Assembly (NCBI RefSeq): GCF_006345805.1
Contig: NC_043024.1
Location: 1,984,001 to 2,048,000 of the forward strand
Reading direction: 5' to 3'
DNA from: Octopus sinensis
Taxonomy: Eukaryota
Length of the DNA stretch: 64,000 nt
Shown here in pieces: positions 11,695-25,237 of this stretch (position 1 is its first letter; each line of letters opens with the position of its first letter). The notes beneath the pieces are model-generated. The model had not been told where the DNA came from. It was given only the letters and a program-made list of their open reading frames with translations, and did not search any database. The position numbers were made by a program, and so were the translations under genes.

Positions 11695-12087
11695 TCTCTT
11701 TTACTTGTTTCAGTCATTTGACTGTGGTCATGCTGAAGCACCGCCTTTAGTTGAGCAACTCGACCCCAGGACTTATTCTTTTGTAAGCCCAGTACTTATT
11801 CTATCGGTCTCTTTTGCCGAACTGCTAAGTAATGGGGGACATAAACACACCAGCATCGGTTGTCAAGCAATGCTAGGGGGACTAACACAGACACACAAAC
11901 ACACACACACATATATATATATACACATATATACGACGGGCTTCTTTCAGTTTCCGTCTACCAAATCCACTCACAAGGCTTTGGTCGGCCGAGGCTATAG
12001 TAGAAGACATTTGCCCAAGGTGCCACGCAGTGGGACTGAACCCAGAACCATGTGGTTGGTAAACAAGCTACTTACCACACAGCCACA
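11695..12087 (-). mobile_element. SINE family A in FMO intron 1
   Basis: Reverse copy of the family A consensus. Confidence 0.85.
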
Positions 12088-12291
12088 TATATATATATCC
12101 TGTAAGTTCGTTTACAGGACATGTTTTGAATATGCATGTATAAATTATAAGACACCAAAAGAGAATGACTCTCCCCAGACACAACAGAATATAAATTGCT
12201 TATTTCCATGCTAATTACCTGATAATTATCATTAATGTGATTTTTTTATCCTTATTCTATGAATAATATATGTATGTGTGTGTGTGTGTGC

Positions 12292-12810
12292 AAAGACCTG
12301 TTGAGTCAAGTGAAGTCAGTTGTGGCCGATGGCATTATCGTCTGACTGGCTCCCATGCTGGTGGCATGTAAAAAGCTCCATTCAAGCATGGTCGATGCTA
12401 GTACAGTCTGGCTGGCCCTCGTGCCAGTGGCATGTAAAAAGCACCATTCGAGTGTGGTCGATGCTAGTACCGCCTGGCTGGCCCTTGTGCCGGTGACATG
12501 TAAAAGGCACCATTCGAGTGTGGTCGATGCCAGTGCCGCCTGGCTGGCCCTCGTGCCGGTGGCACGTAAAAGGCACCATTCGAGTGTGGTCGATGCCAGT
12601 GCCGCCTGACTGACCCTGTGCCAGTGGCACATAAAAAGCACCCACTACACTCTCAGAGTGGTTGGCGTTAGGAAGGGCATCCAGCCATAGAAACCTTGCC
12701 AGATCAGAATGGAGCCTGGTACAGCCTTCTGGTTTGCCAGCCCTCAGTCAAACCGTCCAACACGTGCCAGCATGGAAAGCGGACGTTAAACAACGACGAT
12801 GATGATGATA
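12292..12810 (+). mobile_element. RTE 3'UTR fragment with about 5 tandem 63-bp units
   Basis: Same 3'UTR as 3900-4272. Confidence 0.75.
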
Positions 12811-13435
12811 TATATGTGCGTGTGTGTGTTGTTTGTCCCTATCACCGTTTGACAACCGGTGTTGGTGTGTTTACGTCCCCAAAGCTTAGCGGTTCCCGCA
12901 AAAGATACTGGTAGAGTAAGTACCAGGCTTAGAAAAAAATAAGTCCTGGAGTCGATTTGTTCTACTAAAAAGAAACCTGGGCGATCCTTCGTTATAGGTA
13001 CCGTAAGTGGCTTTGTTTACATTTCTGAAGATAACAGAAACCCTTTTCTCCCACCCCTAACACAAACCCTAACCCCTCATATATAGAAGAAAAAAAACAC
13101 TTTCTTGAAATGTATCCGGTATTTCTGGTACCTATACCGAAGTTACGCCGAAACCTGAAACAAATAAAAGAATATACACACACACACATATATTTCTTTA
13201 CTACCCACAAGGGGCTAAACACAGAGAGGGACAAACAAGGACAGACAAACGGATTAAGTCGATTATATCGACCCAGTGCGTAACTGGTACTTATTTAATC
13301 GACCCCGAAAGGATGAAAGGCAAAGTCGACCTCGGCGGAGTTTGAACTCAAAGGTTGTTATCGTTAAAAAAAAAAGAAAAAGAAAGGAAGGTTGAGAAGA
13401 AAAAAAGAGGAAAGCAAAAGAAACGAGCACCTCAC

Positions 13436-13662
13436 CTAAGGTTTTTATATATGCTGGACTGCCACGGTCGGACTTCTTCTCCAGAGCTGACATTCTCGTC
13501 GTAGACCCAGGTTCCACCGACCCGATTCTGCTGTTCGAATCCCACAGCCTCAAAATATTCCGAAGTCTGAGCGTGGTCCCCGCTTATTCGCATCAGATAT
13601 CTCAACATACATAATCCTGCCGGGCCACATCCTATTACGGCCACTTTCTGCTTGTAGGCCAT
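13436..13662 (-). CDS. FMO coding exon 1
   Basis: MAYKQKVAVIGCGPAGL (FAD-binding GxGxxG)...FEQQNRVGGTWVY...SSIYKNL, AG|gtgag donor; upstream acceptor ttatag|at 13734/13733 suggests a further 5'UTR exon. Confidence 0.93.
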
Positions 13663-13777
13663 TTGGCTTGGGACGTTCTTTCTGAAGAGTTTTTCTCCCC
13701 CCGGGTTTGAGTCTTTGGGAAGTTGGAGGTTAACTATAAAGTTTAAAAAACAGAAATAAATAAAAACGTGGGACTAA

Positions 13778-13940
13778 ATTTTAGTCTATAAAAATTATTT
13801 AGTCTATAAAATTATTTAATCTAAAATAATATTTAGTGTATAAAATTATTAAAAATTATTTAGTCTAAAATATTTTAAAATTTATTAAGTCTATAAAATT
13901 ATTTAGTCTATAATATTATTAAAAATTAGTGTAAAAATTT
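13778..13940. repeat. AT-rich minisatellite of about 18 bp
   Basis: Repeated tttagtctataaaattat. Confidence 0.75.
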
Positions 13941-14134
13941 CAAGTTTAGCTTACTTAATAATAATAATAATAATAATAATTAATTGTTTTATTGGCCCAC
14001 AAGGGTGACAAAAATCAATTTATTACATAAAGGGACAAAACAGGACGAAAGGTTACAAAGGGTTTTGTCCGTTTGTGAAAAAAAAAAACGAGTAAAAAAG
14101 TAGTTTAACAACAACAATAATAATAATAGTAATA

Positions 14135-14191
<57 letters not shown>

Positions 14192-15278
14192 GTAATAATA
14201 ATAAAATCAGTCAAGAGTGCAAAAGAAAAAGAATGAAATGGGTTTTAGGGAGTTTCTTGGTACTTGAAAGACAGCTGGAAACTTTGGGTCCCTAAGGTTT
14301 ACAGGTAGTAACCTCAGGTAAAGGTTACAGGTAGTAACCAGGTATGCACATAATTCTTACCTGGAATAAGAACGAACCTGAGCAAGTTCAAAGTAATAAT
14401 GTATCTGGTTACTAATGGTAATAACTGGGTTAGTCTTATAAAAGTATTCAGGATTTCGGTATGTGTGTGTGTGTAAGACAGAGAGAAAGAGAAAGTGAGA
14501 TTATTAAGGAAAAGGGGGGAAGAGGTGATGTAATTAAAATTTTTACCAATATATAGGTATCTTTTTTTTATCTTTTGCTTGTTTCGGTTATTAGATTCGG
14601 TCGTGCTTCGGTACCGCCTTGAAAAGTTGAAAAAAATCTATTCCTGAACCTTTAAGTCTGCCACTAACTCTACGAGTCAGTCGCAGATGAGTAACGGGGA
14701 CATAAACAAACCAGCGCCGGTTGTCAAGCGGTAGTCGATGGCGGGAACGGGCGGGTGTCACAAACACAAACATGTGGGGGGGCTGCCTCACAGTTTCCGT
14801 CTACCAAGTTCACTCATAAGGCATTGGTTTGGCCCCCGGAGCTTTAGTAAGAGAACATCTGTCCAAGATGCCGCGCCGTGAGACTGAACCTGGAACTGCT
14901 TGGTTGCAAAGCGAGCCTCTTAACCTCAGACAACCATTAATTGTAGCAATAATTAACGGGGTGGCAAGAACGGGTCCTTTTAATTATACTTAATGGTAAT
15001 ACTAAATCTACACTATATTACATTACGCAAATATAGATAAAACTAATTAAAAATGAATATAATTAAAAATTAATATAATTTTATTTCTGAAAAAATTTCT
15101 TGTATAAAGAATAATTAATTTCAAGGCTGTTTCTATAATTCGGGTGGCTTCAGAATTTATTTCAACAGCTATTTTCCGCTAATTACAACTTACGAAACTA
15201 ATTATACTTAGAAAAAGTTTCAAACTTTAATTACGCCGCGTTTGTTCCAGTTTAACCCCGAGCAATAAAACCACTTAC

Positions 15279-15340
15279 TTGACGAGATGATCCGATCTCT
15301 AATAAAAAAAATTCATATACTTAGGTCTCCCTTATGCTTT
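15279..15340 (-). other. Candidate non-coding first exon of the FMO gene (5' extent unknown)
   Basis: Strong donor CAA|GTAAGT at 15279/15278 in non-repetitive sequence with some CpGs; matching acceptor at 13734/13733 upstream of the ATG. Confidence 0.35.
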
Positions 15341-15621
15341 GTTCTTTTTTATCGATCCACCAAATTTGAATAAAAAAATGTAATTGGCCTTATTTTAAAT
15401 GGACTATTTGTTTATAAATATGAGAATGTATGTGTTTATCTTTGTGTGTTGCTTGGTTGTGTTTGTAGAGGAGATTCACCTCCACAGCAGGAAGGCCAAA
15501 TGTACGTGACGGAGATAAACCAAACTTTGAAGGGAAAATTTCTTGTGTACGAGAAATCAAGATATAATTTGTTGCTATCTAACAAACGAAAATGTGTGTG
15601 TGTATATATATATAGATAGTC

Positions 15622-15827
15622 TTACTCTTTTACTTGTTTCAGTTATTGGACTGCGATCATGCTGGAGCACCGCCTTTAGTCGAGCAACTCGATCCTGGGA
15701 CTTATTCTTTGTAAGCCCAGTACTTATTCCATCGATCACTTTTTGCCGAACCGCTAAGTGACAGGGACGTAAACGCACCAGCATCGGTTGTCAAGCAATG
15801 CTAGGAGGACAAACACAGACACACAAA

Positions 15828-15867
<40 letters not shown>

Positions 15868-16037
15868 TATACATATATACGACGGGCTTCTTTCGGTTTC
15901 CGTCTACCAAATCCACTCACAAGCTCTGGTCGGCCCGAGGCTATAGCTGAAGACACTTGCTTAAGGTGCCACGCAGTGAGACTGAACCCGGAACCATGTG
16001 GTTGGTAAACAAGCTACTTATCACACAGCCACTCCTG
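15622..16037 (-). mobile_element. SINE family A
   Basis: Reverse copy of the family A consensus. Confidence 0.85.
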
Positions 16038-16406
16038 CCAGCATATATATATATGCTAGCATGGAAAGCGGACGTTAAACGATGACGATGATGATGATGA
16101 TATATATAGCAAATAAGTAATATAAAGCTAATATGTGGAGGTATTAGTGCATCACCGCAGTTTCAGGCAGCTCCATTTAATATATATTGTCTGAATTTTA
16201 TAGTGTTAATTAACCATCACGTCTGGGGAAGGCGGGTGCTTCTTTCGGATTTATGTTTTCTACAAAAGATATATATGTGTGTGTATAAATAGATATATAT
16301 AGCCATGCCTATGTATGTGATTGTGTGTCTTAGTGTTTGACCCAGAAGTCAAACCGTCCAACCCATGCCAGCATGGAAAGCGGATGTTAAACGATGATGA
16401 TGATGA

Positions 16407-16450
<44 letters not shown>

Positions 16451-16831
16451 TTCAATATACATAAAGGGTGAAATATAATTAATTTAATAAATGACTAAAT
16501 TTCACCTAGTAGTTTTTTTGGTATGGAAATGACCATATTTGGTAAGAATTATATCAATTATAATAAAGGGTTAGGCTGGGATTTCGTTGTCTTCTTTCTC
16601 TTTACCATATACGGGTTACAAATTCTGTTTGTTTGTGGAGACTTTTTTTTTTACTAGTAGTAGAAATAGTGACTGATTTGGCTGCTATTTCTAATATTTT
16701 CGGTATGTGGTTTTGAGCAACCTGTTGCAATTAACCCTTTATTATATATATATATATATATAACACGTCCAACCCATGCCAACATGGAAAGCGGACGTTA
16801 AACGATGATGATGATATATATATATATAAAA

Positions 16832-18325
16832 TCATCATCATTGTTTAACGTTCGCTTTCCATGCTGACATGGGTTGGACGGTTTGACTTCTGGCAAGCCA
16901 GAGGGCTATACCAGGCTCCGATCTGATCTGGCAAGGTTTCTACAGCTGGATGCCCTTCCTAACGCCATCCACTCCAAGGGTGTAGTGGGTGTTTTTTACA
17001 TGCTACCAGCACGTTGAATAGTGCTTTTTATGTGCCACCGGCATGGGTACCAGTCAGGCGGCACTGGCATCAACCACAACGGATTTCACTTGACTCAACA
17101 GGTCTTCTCAGGCGCAGTTTATGATTGAAAGGTACTTTTAAATGGGCCGGTTATGCTGCACAGGCATAGGCCACAGTTGCGGTCTCACTTGGCTTGCTGG
17201 GTCTTCTCAAGCACAGCATATCTCCAAAGGTTTCGGTCACTTGTCATCAGCTACATGAAGCCCAACATTTGAAGGTAATGCTTCACCACCTCATCCCAGG
17301 TCTTCCTGGGTCTACCTCTTCCACAGGTTCCCTCTACTGTTAGGGTGTCACACTTCACACAGCTGTCTTCATCCATACGCAACCATACCAGTACAGTTGT
17401 CTATCTTGTACACCACATCTGATGCTTCTTATGTCCAACTTTTCTCTCAGGGCACTAATACTCTGTCAAGTATGAACACTGACATTACACATCCAGTGGA
17501 GCATACAAGCTTCATTCCTTGCAAGCTTACTCATGTCCTCAGCAGTCACAGCCCATATTTCACTGCCATGTAGCATTGCTGTTCGTACACATGCATCATA
17601 CAGTCATCTTTTACTCTAAGCAAGAGGCCCTTTGTCACCAGCAGGGATAGGAACTCTCTGAACTTTGCCCAGGTTATTCTTATTCTAGCAGCCACTCTCT
17701 CAGAACAATCACCCCTACTACTGACTCGGTTACCTAAGTAAAAGAAGCTATCAACTACTTCTAGTTTTCCCCCCTGGCATATGATAGAAGCCTGTTTTCT
17801 GCACATTTTCAATGTTTATTGCCCCTGAGCATTTGCCACACACAAAACCATTTTCCCCAGTTAGCCTTCCTTTGATATTGCTGCACCTCTTATGTGTCTG
17901 TAGCTTACACCAGGTACATCTTGTGGAGTTTCTAACTACGTCTTTTCTACAGATCGAGCAGGGCCATCTACCTGAAGGGATTTGTGATTTGTCTACCTTC
18001 CTACTTATTAAGACCTTGATTTTTGCTAGATTGACTCTAAGGCCCTTCAATTCTAGACCTTGCTTCCACACTTGGAAGTTCTCCTCTGGTTCTGATAGTG
18101 ACTCAGCTATTAGAGCAAGGTCATCAGTACAGAGAAGCTCCCAGGGGCATCCTGTCTTGAATTCCTCTGTTATTGCCTGGAAGACTATGGTTGTCAGTAT
18201 ATATGTACACAGAGAAGCTCCCAGGGACATCCTGTCCTGAATTTCTCTGTTATTGCCTGGAAGACTATGATGAATAAGAGGGGGGTGAGGGCTGATCCTT
18301 GGTGGAGCCCTACCTCTACCTGGGG
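16832..18325 (-). mobile_element. Degenerate RTE-clade LINE: RT C-half with PHD-like insert, 3'UTR and (GAT)n tail
   Basis: GSALTPLLFIIV, PWELLCTDDLALIA (YADD motif), GLRVNLAKIKVL, Cys-rich insert, LEVVDSFFYLG, RIRITWAKFRE; continuous with the GAT-tailed repeat. Confidence 0.85.
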
Positions 18326-19052
18326 TTCAGATGGTGAGGTTGATGATTTTGGAAACTAAAATTGAACCGATTTCAAGTATTTGATGCTGACAGAGTCTTT
18401 TTTTGACGATGAACAGCAAGGAAAACAAAACAAGACATATGGTAACTTACTGGTTACATTGGTTGGTATCAATGATGTTGCAGGCAGCGTACAGGCATCT
18501 CAGCAGTGTTGCTGGAAACAGTTGCCTTACTGAGAAGCAGCGTAGTTTGTTTAAGACACAATCACCAGTGTATCAGTGACAGATATGGTGGTGGAGTGGC
18601 AAGGCCATGATAAGAGGGAGAAGTCGACCCGAGTGAGAAATCTCTCACAGCTCTATCAGCATTGTCCGTGTGAACCTGCAAGGTGTTGTTGATAAGCTGG
18701 CCAACATTCTGGACAGAGAGGTGTACTGATATTTTGGCAATCGTTTTGCAAACTTGTGAGGCTGTGTAATATCCTATGCTGAGGGCACATATTTATCTCT
18801 CTATCTGCCTACCTACCTATCTACGTGCCATCAGTAATTATTAAATAAGTACCAGTTACACACTGGGGTCGATGTAATCGACTCAATCCCTTCCCCCAAA
18901 TTTCAGGTCTTGTGCTTACAGTAAAAAGGATTATTATTATTATTATTATTATTATTATAATCGTTAGACTGTAGCCGGAAGAATAAAATAGAACTTTTTA
19001 TATGCATACTTGAAAACGTTTCCCATCAAAAAACTTAAAGCACATATATATA

Positions 19053-19084
<32 letters not shown>

Positions 19085-19118
19085 GTATGTTATATATATA
19101 TATATATATATAATATAT

Positions 19119-19219
<101 letters not shown>

Positions 19220-19842
19220 ATCTATATATATACTTAATAATTAGGGTTCATCAAAGATTTGCTTTACCACATACCGAAGTGTAGAAATAGCAGCCAAAAC
19301 CTTGGCTATTTCTTCTACTTTAAAAAGGGACTCCTAGAGAAACCAAAATACTTAACGACATGCCGAATTCTACTTGGTGAAATTATTGATTACTTCTTAA
19401 TTAATTAACTTTACCCTTTGTTATTATATATATATATATATATATATGCAAAGGCATTTTTCAAATACGCCAGCCAAGATAAGTTAAAAATTGTCTGAAG
19501 TCGTAAGACACCTGCTGTTTTTACCTGTTATTACTATTCTTGTTTTTTATTTCTATTTTTTGTTTCTTGTATTTATATTCGTGTGGCATCCTGTCCTTGT
19601 TTCGTATACATTTGATCCTCTTTCCAAGAAATCTAATGCCCGTAGCTTAGTTTTTCTCTGGGGCTGGCCGTGATCGGAGCGATATCGGGATTGGTCAGCC
19701 AAAATTGCTGGGATGATCCGGTTCATGGCTGAAGGTTGGAGGCTTCGAGTGACCCGTCTGTTTTTTTGTATCGTCTCTTTGTGTGTTTTTGCGTTCTTGT
19801 CCCATTTTGTAATTTATATTTAATTTCTATACATATATATAT

Positions 19843-20172
19843 ATGGCTCAGTGGTTAGAGCGTCGAGCTTACGATCGTGAGGTTGTGAGCTCGAATCCCG
19901 GACCGGGCTGCGTGTTGTGTTCTCGAGCAAGACACTTTATTTCACGTTGCTCCAGTTCACTCGGCTGTTGAAATGAGTTGCGACGTCACGAGTGCCAAGC
20001 TGTATCGGCCCCTTTGCCTTCCCCTTGGATAACACTGGTGGCGTGGAGAGGGGAGGCCGGTATGCATGGGCGACTGCTGGTCTTCCATAAAACAACCTTG
20101 CCCAGACTTGTGACTAGGAGGGTAACTTTCTAGGTGCAATCCCATGGTCAGTGTCATGACCGAAGGGGGTCC
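19843..20172 (+). mobile_element. tRNA-derived SINE family C
   Basis: TGGCTCAGTGGTTAGAGC A-box, GCTCGAATCCC B-box, then a gtgttgtgttctcgagcaagacacttt core; related copies on the minus strand at 53805-54615. Confidence 0.8.
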
Positions 20173-20929
20173 CGGATATATATATATATACATACATACA
20201 TACACATATCTATCTACCTATAGATCTGTCTGTCTGTCTATCTATCTATATATATATCTACAGGTCTTATTTTAAAGTCTGGTTTTTATTCTATTGTTTA
20301 CTTTTGTCAAACTGCTTCGTTATGGAGACGTAAACAATGAAGGTGGTGAAGGGCAGACACGAACACAAATGCATACACCATGCTACCCCCACCACACAAG
20401 CACAGACATGTGCACCTCATTACCCCTAAACATACTTATATATAGAAGAATAAATTAAAATTGCACAAAAGACAGAGACACAGGTGAAGGAACAATGAAG
20501 GAGGTGTTCCAGTTGGATGCATGTGAAAAATGGAGGAGTCTTTGAGGATTAGAGGTTAAGCTTTTCTATAGAAAGGAATGAAGAGAGAAAAACAGATGCA
20601 GTGGGGTGGAAAATGGATATAAGACCCATCAAGCCAAGTGAAATCATAGTCATGGCTGATGCTGGTGCCATGCAAATGGCACCCATGCTGGTGGCACATA
20701 ATAGCACTAATTATACTGTTGTAGTGGTTGGCATTAGGAAGGGCATCTGGCTTTAGAAACCATGTCAAAACAGACAGGGAGCCTGGTGCTAAATGATGAT
20801 GATGATGATGTATCTATCTATCTATATATATATGTGTATGTATATATGCATACATATGTATATATATATATAATGTGACCGCGTGGGTACCGTTGTCGAT
20901 TTTTTTCCCTCTGTCTTCCCTTCTCCTAT

Positions 20930-20964
20930 GTTTCCGACGAGGAGCTCCGCTCGAAACGTTAAAC
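20930..20964 (+). ncRNA. Minimal type-I hammerhead-like motif, core variant
   Basis: GTTT-CCGACGA-G-GAGC-TCC-GCTC-GAAAC-GTT-AAAC. Confidence 0.55.
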
Positions 20965-21092
20965 CCTCCGTCTTTCCTGAGCGTCCAATAATACTATATT
21001 TCTTCCACGTCCTCGCGTTGTTGTGTTTTCATGTTTGGATTAACTATATATATATGTGTGTGTGTATATATATATATGTGTATATATATATA

Positions 21093-21145
<53 letters not shown>

Positions 21146-21273
21146 ATATATATATATATACATACACATACAATGAGCTTTTAGTTTCCATCTATGAAAT
21201 CCACTCACAAGGCTTTTGTTGGACTTGGGCTACATGTTCTTGGGAAGTAAACTTCTTACCACGCAGCCATACT

Positions 21274-22130
21274 TATGAGGTGGTATCAGAAAGTTGCCAA
21301 ACTAGTTCTGTAGCATGCCAACAGATGGCATCACATGGTTGTGTGAGCAGTGAGAGCCAGCAGTGACCTTTATGAGGCAGTGTGCCAAGAGACATCTCTG
21401 TATTTACATTGCAGGTTCCGAAATCTGTGTTTTTGTGTGATCACGTGTCTGCTGTAGTCTGTGATTTTTGTAATGGACAGGAAATTGGAACAAAGAGCCT
21501 ACGTGAAATTTTGTGTTAAACTTGGGAAGTCTGCTACAGAGACATTGAACTTGCTTCAGCAAGGTTACGGAGGCAAGGCAATGGGCTGTACACAATGTTT
21601 TAAGTGGCACGGGTGCTTCAAAAGTGGAAGAATGTCACTAGAAGATGATGAGTGATCCTTAAGGCCAGCCATGAGTGTCACACCCCAAAATGTGTGGTAC
21701 TGTGCATTGAGAATTCGGCCCCACCCCCAGGGTCAGACTGGCAATTGAGAGTTCTATTGTAACATTTTGAAGTGTTTGAGGAATGGCATTTGGCAGAAGC
21801 AACTGGATCTGTGGAGCGCGAAAAACTGGATTCTTCGTGACAACGATACACCCTGTTCTGACCAAGCTCCCACCCCTTGTGAGTTCCTATCCATAAACAA
21901 CAGGGTATTGCTTCTGCACCTGGCCCTATTCACCAGGTTTAGTTCCTTCCCCAAGATGAAAATGTAGCTCAAAGGTTGCTGTTTTAACCCCATTGTCGAG
22001 ATCCTGAGTGAATCGCAGAAGGTCCTGGACTCGCTTACAGAGAATGACTTCCAGGTTGGATCCCAAAAGTCGCAGAAATGCTGGGACAGGTGTATTGCTG
22101 TGCAAGGTTACTGTTGTGAAAGAGAGGATG
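21274..22130 (+). pseudogene. Internally deleted mariner element
   Basis: MDRKLEQRAYVKFCVKLGKSATETLNLLQQGYG...FKWHGCFKSGRMSLEDDE (mariner N-terminal HTH), then degenerate catalytic-region remnants (WILRDNDTP). Confidence 0.8.
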
Positions 22131-23237
22131 TTAAAAAATGTGTGTGTGTGTGTTTGTATATATATGTGTGCATGTGCATTTGTATGTGTATATATGTGTG
22201 TGTGTGTGTATGTATTTGTGTGCATGCGTGTATGTATATGTATATGTCTGTTTATGTATGTGTGCATGTGTGTACACGCGTATTTGTATGTGTGTGTATA
22301 TGTATGTGTCTGTGTATGTATTTGTGTGCGTGCGTGTTTGTATTTTAGATAACAAAATCCTAGATACATTAATTACTCATGTATAACATGTGGGATGGTC
22401 ACAATCGGAATGTCAGCGACCATTCGTCCCTGCTCTATCAGTAATGACCTAACACAAAACTACAAGAAGGGAGGCCGGGGACACAGTTCAGTGTAATCCG
22501 AGATACATTGTGATTAAAAAAAAAGGTAAAAAAGAGAGAAAAGACAGGTGAGTTTACACCTGGCAAACAATGATTAATCTAGGCCTATAACAACAACAAC
22601 AAAAGGAACAGGTTTGCTAATGTAGTCCTTGGTACACTATGGCTGAATAAACGATGAGATGGTCATATTTGGAGAACACCTTTGAGTATGTGTCTGGTCT
22701 GGTGAATCAGGTCTGTCGTCCTGGGGTTAAACAAGAAAGGTGGATGTATTTGATGATGTGATAGTCTCAGGTGTTATTTGTTTGGACAAAAGACAGGTGG
22801 GTTTTGGGTATCTACCCTCTGTTTCTCTGTCAGGGCACTGACCAAGAGGTATTACTGCAACTACAAGTAGCAGCAGTACCATCACCACCACCACCATCTC
22901 CTCCTCCTGCTGCTACTACTACTAACATCCTTATCGCAGCCAGCAGCCTGTATAGGTGTATCTGAAAATATTTGGCTCGTATATTATAAACAGATGGCAA
23001 GATGGTAAGGGCAATGCCCTTCAGCTGATGTTGACACAAACGATACAGGGGTTGGTTTTGAATATTTGCAATAAGTGTCCACCCTCAATCTTGCCTGGCC
23101 AACCATTGAAATGATCCTCGATGACAGTAAGGATATCTTACTAAAATCACGGTACCTCACTGTAAGTCAAGTACAGGCCCTAAAGAGAAAACGAGAGAAA
23201 CGGTAAGAGGAAAGGAGACAGGGATTATGAATTGCTA

Positions 23238-23935
23238 AGGCGGCGACCTGGCAGAAACATTAGCACGCTGGGCGAAATGCTTAGCAGTATTTCGTCTGCC
23301 GCTACATTCTGAGTTCAAATTCCGCCGAGGTCGACTTTGCCTTTCATGCTTTTGGGGTTGATTAAATAAGTACCAGTTACACACTGGGGTCGATGTATTT
23401 GTCTGTCCTTGTTTGTCCTCTCTGTGTTTAGCCCCTTGTGGGTAGTAAAGAAATAGGTATTTCGTCTGTCTTTACGTTCTGAGTTCAAATTCCACCGAGG
23501 TTGACTTTGCCTTTCAGGGTCAATTAAATAAGTACCAGTTACACACTGGGGTCAATATAATCGACTTAATCCGTTTGTCTGTCCTCTCTGTGATTAGCCC
23601 CTTGTGGGTAGTAAAGAAATAGGTATTTCGTCTGCCGCTACGTTCTGAGTTCAAATTTCGCTGGGGTCGACTTTGCCTTTCATCCTTTTGGGGTCAATAA
23701 ATTAAGAACCAGTTATGCACTGGGGTCGATGTAATCGACTTAATCCCTTTGTTTGTCCCCTCGTGGGCTATGAAGAAATAGGTATTTCGTCTGTCTTTAC
23801 GTTCCGAGTTCAAATTCCGCCGGGGTTGACTTTGCCTTTCATCCTTTCGAGGTCAATATAATCGACTTGATCCGTTTGTCTGTCCTCTTTGTGTTTAGCC
23901 CCTTTACTACTGTGGGTAGTAAAGAAATAGGTATT
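23238..23935 (+). mobile_element. SINE family B tandem array
   Basis: One head followed by about 4 tandem B-box/core/tail units. Confidence 0.75.
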
Positions 23936-24530
23936 TGTTTTATTGACTCCAAAAGGTTGAAAGGCAAAGTTGACCTTTGACAGAATCTGAACCCAAAATG
24001 TCACTCAGCATTTCGTCCGGCACAATAACAATTCCACCAACTCACAATCTTCTTGTTCTTAAATATTGGTTTCAAATTTTGGCACGAGGGCCGTAGTTTT
24101 AAGGGGAGGGGCTGATTCCATTGACCCCTGTGCTCGACTGGCACTTGCTTCAATGAATCCCAGAAGAATGAAAGGCAAAGGGTAACCTCAGTGAAATTTG
24201 AACTCAGAATGTAAACCTGGATGAAATACCGGAAAGCATTTCACCCGGAGTCCTAACAATTCTGCCAGTTCGCTACCTTACCCTCCTTAAACATCCATTT
24301 CTACTCTAAGCACAAGGCCCGAAATTTTTTTTTTTGGGGGGGAGGGGACACAGTCGATTAGATCGACCCCAGTATGCAACTGGTACTTAGTTTATGAACC
24401 TCCGAAACGATGAAAGGAAAAGTCAACCTTGGCGGGATTTGAACTCAGAACATAGAGTCAGATGAAATATCGCTAATCATTTTGCCCAGTGTCCTAATGA
24501 TTTGGCCAGCTCGTTACCTTCCCTCGTTAA

Positions 24531-24752
24531 CCCTTTAGTGTTCAGATTAATTTGTTAAAAGTAATCCCTTATTTATTTACATTTAAAAAAAAATTATCTG
24601 ATGTTATTTTGTAGCTTCAAGATAGGAAAGATGTAATTGCTTATTTTTAGAATGACATTGCAGGGTAGGTGTGAGATGCTGGATCTGGTCAGTTTGAGCA
24701 TAAAATGTGTAGAATATTTGGGCCGGATACAGCCGGTTTAAGCACTAAAGGG
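24531..24752. mobile_element. piggyBac-like MITE
   Basis: TTAA|CCCTTTAGTG ... CACTAAAGGG|TTAA. Confidence 0.75.
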
Positions 24753-24811
24753 TTAAATATTAGAACATATTTCATCTCTAATGAGAATGGTAACAGTCCA
24801 AAAAGTTATAA

Positions 24812-25200
24812 CTATGATAGATCGGTAGACACTACACACATTTTTTTCTTCTCTCCTTGTTTTCTTCTGTGTCCCTTTCTGTAGAAGAGCGTAGGCTCGA
24901 AACGTAACAGACTTTTTCTGTTCCTGAGCGTTATACTAATACATCTGTTTGTTTTGTACACCACCTGTCTTCGTCTTTTGTTTTTTCGTGAACTCTCCCT
25001 ATATATATATATCAGTCGCCATGATAGATCGTTAGCTACTATCACATTTTTTTCTCTCTTTGTTTTTTCTGTCTCTTTCAGCAGAAGAGCATAGACTTGA
25101 AACGTAAAAGACCTTCTCTATTCCTGAGCATTATACTAATACATCTGCTCGTTTTGTACACCACCTGTCTTCATCTTTTGTTTTTTTTTTTGTAAACTCT

Positions 25201-25237
<37 letters not shown>

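Noticed and set aside
19843-19910. tRNA-like sequence (A/B boxes, TAC at the anticodon position)
   Set aside because: Anticodon and acceptor stems pair poorly, and it continues into a repeated SINE body also seen at 53805-54615.
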